Under the pieces are notes generated by a model. The model ran no database searches. It saw only the letters and a list, made by a program, of their open reading frames with translations, and had not been told where the DNA came from. DNA of 36,582 nucleotides, taken from IMG/VR virus record IMGVR_UViG_3300027770_000003; one strand, 5' to 3'. The position numbers and the translations under genes were made by a program. The stretch's first letter is position 1. Each line of letters opens with the position of its first letter. Of the stretch, positions 27,034-34,691 are shown one piece after another. This DNA is from an uncultured virus (IMG/VR IMGVR_UViG_3300027770_000003) (Duplodnaviria > Heunggongvirae > Uroviricota > Caudoviricetes).

Positions 27034-27736
27034 AAGGGTTTGTAGAGACTGAAGCATCTACTGAGATAGTGCCTGCGGCTAGTCGCTCCCAATCTCCTGC
27101 TGAATCTTGGACAAATAAATCAAAGGTGTGGACACCTGCTGGAATACTGTTTTTGTCTGAAATGTGCATTTCAAGAGTTACTCCTGACTTTGGAGCCAAA
27201 TACCCTCTGCGGTTTGCCGCAAGAGCAACAATTGTATTTTCTGCTGGAATAGATGAGTACCAGCGTAGATCCAGTACCGTAGTGCCAGCAGTATTCTTTG
27301 CTTGGAGATAGGCACTAGTAACTGCCTGCAATGTCCCAGTACTATCTTTCCACGTAAAGGTCTTACGGAAATCCTCGTATTGCTTCATTCGGAGTTCCAT
27401 TGATTGAGCCTCATCTCTATCGGTTACATTGTCTAATGCAGTGACAGTGATCTTACCTTTGGAAACTTGGTAGTAGATACTGTCGTATACTGCCAAAACA
27501 TCATACTCTAAGTCACCAATAGGCAATTCAAGTGTCTCTGCTGCTGTTAGACAAAGAAGCACTTCACCAGCACCTGTCACTGATGCAGTAATGTTCTTTT
27601 TAGAATCTACGGATGTTTGGATTTGCGCTTTTACAGCAGTGGGTACCATTAGTCGGTGTCTAGATTTACTTTTAACCCGAATAATTCTTTCCCAGGGTAA
27701 GCCACGAGAGGCTGTGTAGTTTACGGTGCGAGCCAT
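27026..27736 (-). CDS. tail/baseplate-associated protein with two tandem Ig-like (BppU_N-like) domains
   Basis: Two similar halves (LPIGDLEYDVL...GKITV; IPAGVHTFDLF...GTISV); TAAACT-N6-ATG start. Confidence 0.6.
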   Translation of the reverse strand: MARTVNYTASRGLPWERIIRVKSKSRHRLMVPTAVKAQIQTSVDSKKNITASVTGAGEVLLCLTAAETLELPIGDLEYDVLAVYDSIYYQVSKGKITVTALDNVTDRDEAQSMELRMKQYEDFRKTFTWKDSTGTLQAVTSAYLQAKNTAGTTVLDLRWYSSIPAENTIVALAANRRGYLAPKSGVTLEMHISDKNSIPAGVHTFDLFVQDSAGDWERLAAGTISVDASVSTNPYG

Positions 27737-27755
27737 TGCAACAGTTTACTACAGG

Positions 27756-28055
27756 CTACTGACCTTTTTTCCTTCTTGGAAAATCATGACCAATTTCAGT
27801 CATCTTCCTACGAACCAGACTTTCCATGTTTTTAACCGCACGGTGGTCTGAGGGCGTACTAGCCATATGAACAACTCCGTCACCTTTAATTCGCAACTGG
27901 ATATGCCCGCTACCAGTTTTATGCCCCATTACAGGAGTGCTGCCTTGACTTACTCTAGAAAGCATTTCACGAAAAGGCTTATCAGTAGTCAGCGACCTAA
28001 CATGGTCTTCAGTAAGGGAATGTTGCTCCCAGTTTAAGTTATCTTCGGTGCTCAC
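27756..28055 (-). CDS. HicA-like (dsRBD-fold) protein
   Basis: TGSGHIQLR...VVHMASTPSDHRAVKN resembles HicA-like phage proteins; TATCAT-N6-GTG start. Confidence 0.55.
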   Translation of the reverse strand: MSTEDNLNWEQHSLTEDHVRSLTTDKPFREMLSRVSQGSTPVMGHKTGSGHIQLRIKGDGVVHMASTPSDHRAVKNMESLVRRKMTEIGHDFPRRKKGQ

Positions 28056-28067
28056 TCACCTATGATA

Positions 28068-28331
28068 CTACGAAGTATATGGCATCCGATGGCGAAGGGT
28101 ATCGTGCATTCGTGCGTAGGCTTGGTCGTACTCTTCACGCTCTTCACTGGTAAAGAGGCGAATCACATGCATGCAGGGATCTCCGCCCTCTTCCATATCC
28201 TGCTCTTCTGCATCAGAGGTAGGAATACCATCGTGCATGTAGCAAGTTGGATACAGACACCACTTACTGTCAATTCCAATAGCCAACCAATCATCAAAAT
28301 CCATTGGTTCTTTTTGTTCTACCTCTGACAT
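28068..28331 (-). CDS. hypothetical protein, possibly metal binding
   Basis: AGGAG SD; CYMH...CMH motifs. Confidence 0.75.
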   Translation of the reverse strand: MSEVEQKEPMDFDDWLAIGIDSKWCLYPTCYMHDGIPTSDAEEQDMEEGGDPCMHVIRLFTSEEREEYDQAYARMHDTLRHRMPYTS

Positions 28332-28339
28332 ATTTTCTC

Positions 28340-28498
28340 CTATTTGTTGACGACTAGTGTTACTTGATATTCCCCATACTCAGGTTGGTCAATGGCTGTA
28401 ACCATTGCAGTTTTAAACCCTTGACTGTGGGCAAGTATAACAGCCTGTTCTTTTGCGTCAAGCATGTTAGGAGTGTGCATCAAATAGGTGATGTTCAT
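28340..28498 (-). CDS. hypothetical protein (52 aa)
   Basis: Not in track. MNITYLMHTP...YQVTLVVNK; TAAGAT-N6-ATG start. Confidence 0.6.
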   Translation of the reverse strand: MNITYLMHTPNMLDAKEQAVILAHSQGFKTAMVTAIDQPEYGEYQVTLVVNK

Positions 28499-28513
28499 AG
28501 GTACATCTTAACA

Positions 28514-28672
28514 TCAGTTGTCATATTTGGAGAACTTCCGTAATTGCTTCTTTTCCTGCCGATCATGGGAGGATTTACGATTGCCCTTACGAACATGGAA
28601 ATCTTTGTAATGTCCCTCTGGATCATCGTCCTCTTGAGGAAATTGATTACTTAGATTATTGTTTTGGTTCAT
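28514..28672 (-). CDS. small protein with NLSNQF N-terminal motif (52 aa)
   Basis: Not in track. MNQNNNLSNQFPQEDDDPEGHYKDFHVRKGNRKSSHDRQEKKQLRKFSKYDN. Confidence 0.65.
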   Translation of the reverse strand: MNQNNNLSNQFPQEDDDPEGHYKDFHVRKGNRKSSHDRQEKKQLRKFSKYDN

Positions 28673-28804
28673 TTTTGTTTAGAAGCAAGACTGACAACCT
28701 TTGTTCTAGTCTTTCGTCTTTTTGCACAAGGATCTGCCGAAAACGATCCTTACCATACTGACCTAATCCATATTGTTTTTTCATAACCTTAAGCATAGTA
28801 CAAG

Positions 28805-30091
28805 TTAGAACAACCTAATTGAGAGGCTTCCATCTTTTCCTCTTACAATTCCTGGCTTACTGTTCTTTGCTCGTTCTTTTCTTTCCTGTTGTCTTACTGC
28901 AACGGGATCGGTACGGGTAAACTTTGTACTCTTAGGCAATGGTGGTGCAGTTGGGGCAAGTTTCTCAAAACCAGGAAGGGTACTTTGTTCTTTTGGTGGC
29001 AAAGGTGCGGTGTAGTGTGCGTGGACAGCCCGAGAATACTCACCAACATCACCAAGACCCAGTTGTTTTAAACCTTCACGTACATGCGGATGGTCTTCCA
29101 TCATTTGACCCAAATAAAGGTGTCTGGCAGTATTTGCATATTTTGCGTTTGATGCTGCTGGTTTACCAGTTTTCTTAGCAAGATGTTCTTGCTTTAATGC
29201 TGTCAGGTGCTTGTCTGCAAGAGCATCCATGTCTGGAAGAGATTCAATACCAGCCCTGCCATGCATAGCAACATGTAACCTAGTTGCTGCGTATAGCGCT
29301 TGTTCGTGTTTATCTCGCCATCCTTTAAAATTTACACCGTACCCTTGAGCAGTGCTACCTTGTTCTGTAAAATCAAGATGTCGGTCAGCATTTTCAACAG
29401 GGTTCAAATATCTTTCGGTTACTTCGTCACCGCTATTATCTTCCTTTATTGTTCCAAATCTATCTTTGTACCCATCTGCAACACCCTCCATTACAGGAGA
29501 AGTAACAGTTGCACCCTTAGTGCTTGATTTAGCATTTTCTATTTCTCGGTACCCCAATAACTTACCTTTATACATTTGTGTTCTAGCACCTTGAGCAGTT
29601 AAGTTGTCTTGATCTTCTTTGTGCCCCCATTCATGTGTAAACGTAGATGCTATATCGTGGGCAGAAACATTATTCCCATACTGGTCCTGTCTATTTATCA
29701 CCAGTTTTTGTTCCCCAGGAGAAAAATAACCAGCCTTAACAGTGCTACGCATTCCTTCAATTTTTATTGGTTTATTTTTTAGCATAGGTGTTGAGAGATT
29801 GGTAGACGCTACTGCATTTGCTAAAACTATGTTGCCCCAATTCGCACTTTTGTTGGGATTGGATGAGACATCATCTGTCACTTCCCCTATATCTCTTACT
29901 CGTTGATCCATTGAGTACATTGGGTCATTACGAGATTGTGTTGCAGTGTCTGGGTGAAAGAGTAAACCTTGTGGGTGTTCCGAGCGGGTGTTCCGTGAAA
30001 CTTGTCCATATTGGTGATCATCTTCATATGGGGTTGTATTGTCATCACCTGCAAAGTAGGTGTTGTTAAACTGTTCTCCAAGGTTAGGCAT
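28805..30091 (-). CDS. zincin-like metallopeptidase domain protein
   Basis: AGYF...LVIN...TFTHEWGH (HExxH) and downstream MEGVAD third ligand; starts MPNLGEQF; TATAAT-N6-ATG start. Confidence 0.7.
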   Translation of the reverse strand: MPNLGEQFNNTYFAGDDNTTPYEDDHQYGQVSRNTRSEHPQGLLFHPDTATQSRNDPMYSMDQRVRDIGEVTDDVSSNPNKSANWGNIVLANAVASTNLSTPMLKNKPIKIEGMRSTVKAGYFSPGEQKLVINRQDQYGNNVSAHDIASTFTHEWGHKEDQDNLTAQGARTQMYKGKLLGYREIENAKSSTKGATVTSPVMEGVADGYKDRFGTIKEDNSGDEVTERYLNPVENADRHLDFTEQGSTAQGYGVNFKGWRDKHEQALYAATRLHVAMHGRAGIESLPDMDALADKHLTALKQEHLAKKTGKPAASNAKYANTARHLYLGQMMEDHPHVREGLKQLGLGDVGEYSRAVHAHYTAPLPPKEQSTLPGFEKLAPTAPPLPKSTKFTRTDPVAVRQQERKERAKNSKPGIVRGKDGSLSIRLF

Positions 30092-30108
30092 GGTCTAATT
30101 ATAAACTA

Positions 30109-30282
30109 TTATCCACCATTGGAATAAAAGCCTCTACCTACAAGATTGACAGCAGGTGAGAAGTAAACTGGGCGCAAATCTTCACCGCAGTCTGGGCATG
30201 ACAAATTGCTTGCATCTTCGTAGATACTTCGGAACTCTTCGTGTCGGTGGTCGTTTGAACACTTGTAGGCATAAGTAGGCAT
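30109..30282 (-). CDS. FmdB-family zinc ribbon protein (57 aa)
   Basis: Not in track. MPTYAYKCSNDH...CPDCG...GRGFYSNGG. Confidence 0.85.
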   Translation of the reverse strand: MPTYAYKCSNDHRHEEFRSIYEDASNLSCPDCGEDLRPVYFSPAVNLVGRGFYSNGG

Positions 30283-30284
30283 AG

Positions 30285-30860
30285 TTACAATCCTAACTCT
30301 TGTTTTGCCTCTGCGTGGTACCCGCCCTCATCTCGTTCTTCTGCCCCTGGATCAGTATTGAATTGTTGAGTACTAATATGCTTAACATGCCCTGATGTTA
30401 CTAACTGGTGTGGAATTACATAAGAAGTAGAACCTGGGTCTTCCCAACGGTTTCTATACTTGTTAATGCTAGTTTTACTTTTTTCCTTTACCTGCATGTT
30501 TTCTTGATAATCTTCGGGCGGTTTAGGTACGTTGTTGCTGTATCCCTCTTCGTGTGGATCTTCAAAGGTCATCATTGACGGACGCTTTTTAATTTGGTAA
30601 GTATGCAGATACGTTGTAAAATCAGGACCGTCATTATCTTCCTGTATTCCTTCTTCAGTCATTTGGCTGTAATACTGTTTTTCATGAGCATGTTGCATCA
30701 TTAATGATCGGTCTAAAGCGGCATTTATTGTCCCAGCGTGAAACCCACTCTTTTGATTACCTTTTCTGAAAGGCTCAGCATGACTGGCAAGCACATGAGG
30801 AGGTGTTGGGTCATTACTAGTGTGATACACCGTAATGTTAGTTGGATCTTTTCTAGCCAT
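30285..30860 (-). CDS. putative ADP-ribosyltransferase-like protein (His-type)
   Basis: VYHTS...FHAGT..AA.DR...Y.NRWEDPGSTSYVI; paralogue of 31514..31972. Confidence 0.5.
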   Translation of the reverse strand: MARKDPTNITVYHTSNDPTPPHVLASHAEPFRKGNQKSGFHAGTINAALDRSLMMQHAHEKQYYSQMTEEGIQEDNDGPDFTTYLHTYQIKKRPSMMTFEDPHEEGYSNNVPKPPEDYQENMQVKEKSKTSINKYRNRWEDPGSTSYVIPHQLVTSGHVKHISTQQFNTDPGAEERDEGGYHAEAKQELGL

Positions 30861-30863
30861 TAC

Positions 30864-31286
30864 TTAATCCTCATATTTAATAGTGTGGCCTTGGTTTCTG
30901 TGGAAATTTTCCCAACGAGAAGACGTATCTGCATACATTACGGAACCATCCGTACCACTAAGGCCAGCAGGAGTACCAGACCTATCTAACATAAAGTCCA
31001 TAGCGGCATTGTGTGCTTCTCTGGGTGAAGAGAATCCTGAATTGTTAGTTTTAGATTGGCGCATATTCCTTCTATCAATAACTTCTCTCCTAGCAGGGTT
31101 ATGCCATTCAAAAGTATACTTACCAGTTTTCTCTGTTGTTAGAGAATCGTGCACACGGTCACCTTCTCCACGCTTGTACATCTCTACCATCGTGTTCTCA
31201 GACATACCAGGAGCACCGTATGTCGCAGTCTCTTCATAGATGTGTGGTCGCCACTCATTGAATTGATACTGGTTAAGTGGTTTCAT
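30864..31286 (-). CDS. hypothetical protein with LNQYQF N-terminal motif
   Basis: Start moved to MKPLNQYQF, supported by TATACT-N6-ATG. Confidence 0.7.
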   Translation of the reverse strand: MKPLNQYQFNEWRPHIYEETATYGAPGMSENTMVEMYKRGEGDRVHDSLTTEKTGKYTFEWHNPARREVIDRRNMRQSKTNNSGFSSPREAHNAAMDFMLDRSGTPAGLSGTDGSVMYADTSSRWENFHRNQGHTIKYED

Positions 31287-31292
31287 AAAGCA

Positions 31293-31334
31293 AGTATACA
31301 TTGCCCTTCAGACAGCACTTTTTTCATTTATACT
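31293..31334. promoter_or_regulatory. back-to-back divergent leaderless promoters
   Basis: TATACT-N6-ATG on minus (31293-31298) and TATACT-N6-GTG on plus (31329-31334). Confidence 0.7.
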
Positions 31335-31340
31335 TAACAA

Positions 31341-31514
31341 GTGGACCCTAGACACGAAAGCCCCCAATTCCGTTGGAGAACCAATGAGAACCCTAAAGGG
31401 CATACTTATGTAGATGGCGAGGCTGTCAACATAGACGACCTACATCAAAGTGCGGGTTTTACTAAGCGTGACCCACAATACCTTTTAGAGAAGCGTAAAG
31501 CAAGGAAGAAGTAA
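31341..31514 (+). CDS. small basic-tailed protein with SPQF N-terminal motif (57 aa)
   Basis: Not in track. MDPRHESPQFRWRTNENPKGH...LLEKRKARKK; TAATG overlap with the next gene. Confidence 0.7.
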   Translation: MDPRHESPQFRWRTNENPKGHTYVDGEAVNIDDLHQSAGFTKRDPQYLLEKRKARKK

Positions 31515-31972
31515 TGGGCAAAATCGTTTATCACGGTACACACAGTGATGAAGCACCTCATGCGTATGGTGAACCCTTCCATGCTGGAACTCTTACAGCA
31601 GCATATGATCGTTTAGCCGATGAGCAGACAAACGGTATGTTAGAAGAACCAACTGCAAGAATTCATAAATATGAAATAACAGACAGCGCTCCGACTTCTC
31701 GTGGCACTTGGGCAGACCCTTTAGATGATTATCGTGACGGTCCGACAGTTGTCCCTGAATATAGCCAGAAACGTATCTACCCCTATAAAAACACCCGTGA
31801 GGATAGAGGATCAACTTCCTATGTAATTCCTTCTAAGTTTGTTGGCACACATGTAAAACACCTTGGAATACAGTTTCAGCACTTTACCAGTGGTGGGGAC
31901 GATGGGCATGAAATTGCTGTAAACGCTATGTCTACTATGGTTGGCGGCAAGAAAGCGTTTGAGGATAAGTAA
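31514..31972 (+). CDS. putative ADP-ribosyltransferase-like protein (His-type)
   Basis: VYHGT...FHAGTLTAAYDR...YKNTREDRGSTSYVI. Confidence 0.55.
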   Translation: MGKIVYHGTHSDEAPHAYGEPFHAGTLTAAYDRLADEQTNGMLEEPTARIHKYEITDSAPTSRGTWADPLDDYRDGPTVVPEYSQKRIYPYKNTREDRGSTSYVIPSKFVGTHVKHLGIQFQHFTSGGDDGHEIAVNAMSTMVGGKKAFEDK

Positions 31973-32352
31973 TGGCTGCTCATGATAATCTAAGTAACCA
32001 ATTTAAGGTAGTTCATCAAAAATTAGGTGAGGGTGTGGCTGCTGGTAGGGGTTGGCATTCTCTTACACTCACTGACCCAAAAAAAGGTACAGACCTTGCT
32101 CGTGTGTCTTTTGAGCACTACAACGACCCAGATTTTGAACCATCGTCAAGAATAGATATAGATTATCTAAAAAGCCATGTTGAGGGTCAAGGACATGCCC
32201 AGCGACTTATGGAACACATGTACAACCGATACCCAAAGTCGCATATTGACTGGGGTTTGACAATCAACCCAACATCTACACACATTGCTTCAAAGTTTGA
32301 AGACAAGTACTATGACAGAACTTCGTATCAACCAGAAGAGGACATGGATTAA
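31972..32352 (+). CDS. GNAT-like acetyltransferase with NLSNQF tag
   Basis: IDIDYLKSHVEGQGHAQRLMEHM resembles acetyl-CoA binding motif A. Confidence 0.6.
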   Translation: MAAHDNLSNQFKVVHQKLGEGVAAGRGWHSLTLTDPKKGTDLARVSFEHYNDPDFEPSSRIDIDYLKSHVEGQGHAQRLMEHMYNRYPKSHIDWGLTINPTSTHIASKFEDKYYDRTSYQPEEDMD

Positions 32353-32717
32353 TGGCTGCACACGAGAACTTAAGCGGGCAATTGTCCATGTTCATCCCTG
32401 CAAAGGAACTCATGAACTACACAGCAGGGGATGTTGAGAATTTTAGTGGTGATTATATGCCTTTGTCACAGTCCCCTAATGTGCGTAGGCGTAAATTACA
32501 AGAATCTAAAGAGTATGCAGGTTGGGATGCTAAACCAAAGCAAAAAGAATCCCTTTATGACGATATCAAAAAGAATGGTGTATCTACCGCTGTACACCTA
32601 AGATTACCTAGAAAAGATGGACTTAGCCCAAACACTCAAATTTGGGATGGTAATCATCGTGTAGTCGCAGCCAATGACATTGACCCTAATATGGAAGTAC
32701 CAGTAAGGTATTCTTGA
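32352..32717 (+). CDS. ParB/Sulfiredoxin-like domain protein with NLSGQL tag
   Basis: LYDDIKKNGV..AV.L...IWDGNHRVVAA...VPV. Confidence 0.75.
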   Translation: MAAHENLSGQLSMFIPAKELMNYTAGDVENFSGDYMPLSQSPNVRRRKLQESKEYAGWDAKPKQKESLYDDIKKNGVSTAVHLRLPRKDGLSPNTQIWDGNHRVVAANDIDPNMEVPVRYS

Positions 32718-32720
32718 GTA

Positions 32721-33017
32721 ATGGGTAAGCGACTTACTGCACAACAAATCATGGATAACTACCAACCTGGGGATATGTTGAGGAATGACACTCCCGAAAT
32801 TTTTTGGGCAGGGAAACTAGAGTCTGCTAAAACTACTAAAGTGTCCAAAGACAAGACCTTGTATCAAGACCTAGAAGAGCGTGGTCAACAAAAACCAATC
32901 ACTATTGGCTATAAGGGGTTTGGTTCGCCCTCTGTTTTAGATGGTCACCATCGTTTAGCAGCACTACACCATATGAACCCTGACCAGTTCGTTAAATACC
33001 GAAGGGTAACTCCATAA
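32721..33017 (+). CDS. ParB/Sulfiredoxin-like domain protein
   Basis: LYQDLEERGQQKPITI...VLDGHHRLAAL. Confidence 0.75.
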   Translation: MGKRLTAQQIMDNYQPGDMLRNDTPEIFWAGKLESAKTTKVSKDKTLYQDLEERGQQKPITIGYKGFGSPSVLDGHHRLAALHHMNPDQFVKYRRVTP

Positions 33018-33391
33018 TGCCAGCACATGAAAAAGTATCCGCAGAACAATTTGCAGAACAATTTGCAGACCGAGCAAATCGCCCAGAAATGATTGGTTCT
33101 TCTCAGCCATACCCAGATACAGGTGAACCTACCCCACATTACTACCGTTGGATGCACAAAGACGAATATGCAACCGCCGAGCGTTTGGGTCATTTTAGAA
33201 GCACTATAAATGTTAGTCCTGCATATGGACCATCTGACTCGTATAAATACGATAATGCTGTACATGTACGGTTCCCACACATGCAGGGAGTGTTTAAGTC
33301 TAAAGGAAGCAGTTATCGTGGTCCAGGTAGAGCAGCGTGGGCAGAAGCATCCATCCCATTCCACCTAGGTGAAAAGATTGACGAAACCTAA
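33017..33391 (+). CDS. hypothetical protein, weak ADP-ribosyltransferase-like pattern
   Basis: Starts MPAHEKVSAEQF; YYRWM..DEY....G. Confidence 0.5.
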   Translation: MPAHEKVSAEQFAEQFADRANRPEMIGSSQPYPDTGEPTPHYYRWMHKDEYATAERLGHFRSTINVSPAYGPSDSYKYDNAVHVRFPHMQGVFKSKGSSYRGPGRAAWAEASIPFHLGEKIDET

Positions 33392-33804
33392 TGGCTGCTC
33401 ACGAGAACCTCAGTAGGCAGTTTGTAACCCTCTACAGAGGTGTGACTGAACATCCAGATGATGTTAACTACAGCCGTTTAGGGGAGCATTGGACTACGGA
33501 TCTGGGAGTGGCAAAGGACTTTGCTACCCCGTTGTCATTTAAGGGCGCATACGACCCTAGTAAGGGGCATGGGACAGTATTTCAAACAACTGTGCATCCT
33601 TCTGAGATCATTCAACCAAATACTGAGGAATGGAAACAAAGAGGCGGTGGAGACTATGAAAGTGGTGTGGGCATCTTTGACCATAGCCATCCTGAGCAAG
33701 AACGTACTTTACGGTGGCAATCAAGGGTAAACCTGGATAAAGTCATGCATTTCCATAAGGGGAATCAAATAAACGAGTTTGAAAACAGAGAAGGAACCGT
33801 TTAA
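33391..33804 (+). CDS. putative ADP-ribosyltransferase (R-S-E-like) with NLSRQF tag
   Basis: VTLYRGV, HWTTDLGVAKDFA, EQE. Confidence 0.65.
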   Translation: MAAHENLSRQFVTLYRGVTEHPDDVNYSRLGEHWTTDLGVAKDFATPLSFKGAYDPSKGHGTVFQTTVHPSEIIQPNTEEWKQRGGGDYESGVGIFDHSHPEQERTLRWQSRVNLDKVMHFHKGNQINEFENREGTV

Positions 33805-33888
33805 GCCTATATAGGGCGGATTTGTGTGTGTGCAATTTTTTGGAATGGGTCTATCTGGTCATTTTGCATTCCTTGGGTTGTAGGCGCT

Positions 33889-34066
33889 CCCCCCAAGCCA
33901 ACCCTCAAGTCTCACTTAAGGGTGGGGGGTCTAACCCTCTACCATAGGTTTATGGTTAGACTTTGCCCACTGACAACCCTCAACCCTCTATGTAGACTCT
34001 ATAGTATGCAGGGTATGTTGAGACTTTGGGCGATTCCCTTGCCCAGCATGGAGCGAACCCTCAACC
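33889..34066. repeat. five AACCCTC heptamers plus two imperfect inverted repeats
   Basis: AACCCTC at 33900, 33933, 33975, 33982 and 34056; C6...ACCCTCAAGT/ACTTAAGGGT...G6; TCTAACC/GGTTAGA. Confidence 0.7.
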
Positions 34067-34632
34067 ACGCATTGTAAGGCTCTGAGAGCGTCTATATCGC
34101 CCATTCCTCATTCGCATATTGTTCTCTTATAGACCCACCTTAGAACGCCTGAGAAGGGGCAATCAGGGCATCGTAGAGGGTAAAGCAGCACTCATCCCCA
34201 GCAAACCCAATGCCAGCCTACAAATGGGTCTACTGGAATGGCATGAATAGACATCGGGGAGCGTGGGGAGCATTTGCACCACCACTCGCTCTCCGATCAT
34301 TGGTATTCACTGTCACATCGCAGTGAGTCATCAGTGGTACAGCGTTGCCACGAGTGTTCACATCTCGGTGTCATTCACTCATCATCACTCCATGATCTCC
34401 GATGACATTCACTCCATGTATCTCTATGCAATGCAGTGATGAAGTGATTCGCTGGGCGAAATAAATAACGTACTCATCCATTCACTTCGGAATGGTTTTG
34501 ATCGAGCCTGTCCGTTCTCAATCGCAGGTCATGTTCATACCAAGTCATTCATTCTGATCGCTCTCCGATGATCCAGTGATGCGTTATTCACGATGATCGG
34601 ATGACATTACAAACATTTGAGTGTGGGCGAAT

Positions 34633-34671
34633 AAAAAAAGATCCTCACGACATCTCGCCGTGAGGATCTTT
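34633..34671 (-). terminator. intrinsic terminator after the helicase
   Basis: AAAGATCCTCACG/CGTGAGGATCTTT stem ending in a T7 run on the minus strand. Confidence 0.85.
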
Positions 34672-34691
34672 GCTTCGCAGTGCTGGATGAT

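Noticed and set aside
28656..28784. 42 aa minus-strand ORF MKKQYGLGQY with TATGCT-N7-ATG
   Set aside because: Plausible but short, with no motif and overlapping the next gene; too weak to list.
32352..33017. Plasmid-prophage partition system
   Set aside because: No ParA, HTH region or parS seen.
33826..34077. 83 aa plus-strand ORF
   Set aside because: Overlaps the repeat/hairpin cluster, has no SD or leaderless signal and no recognisable protein features.
33805..34691. CRISPR array or tRNA in the long intergenic region
   Set aside because: Repeats are only 7-9 nt and irregularly spaced; no cloverleaf recognised.
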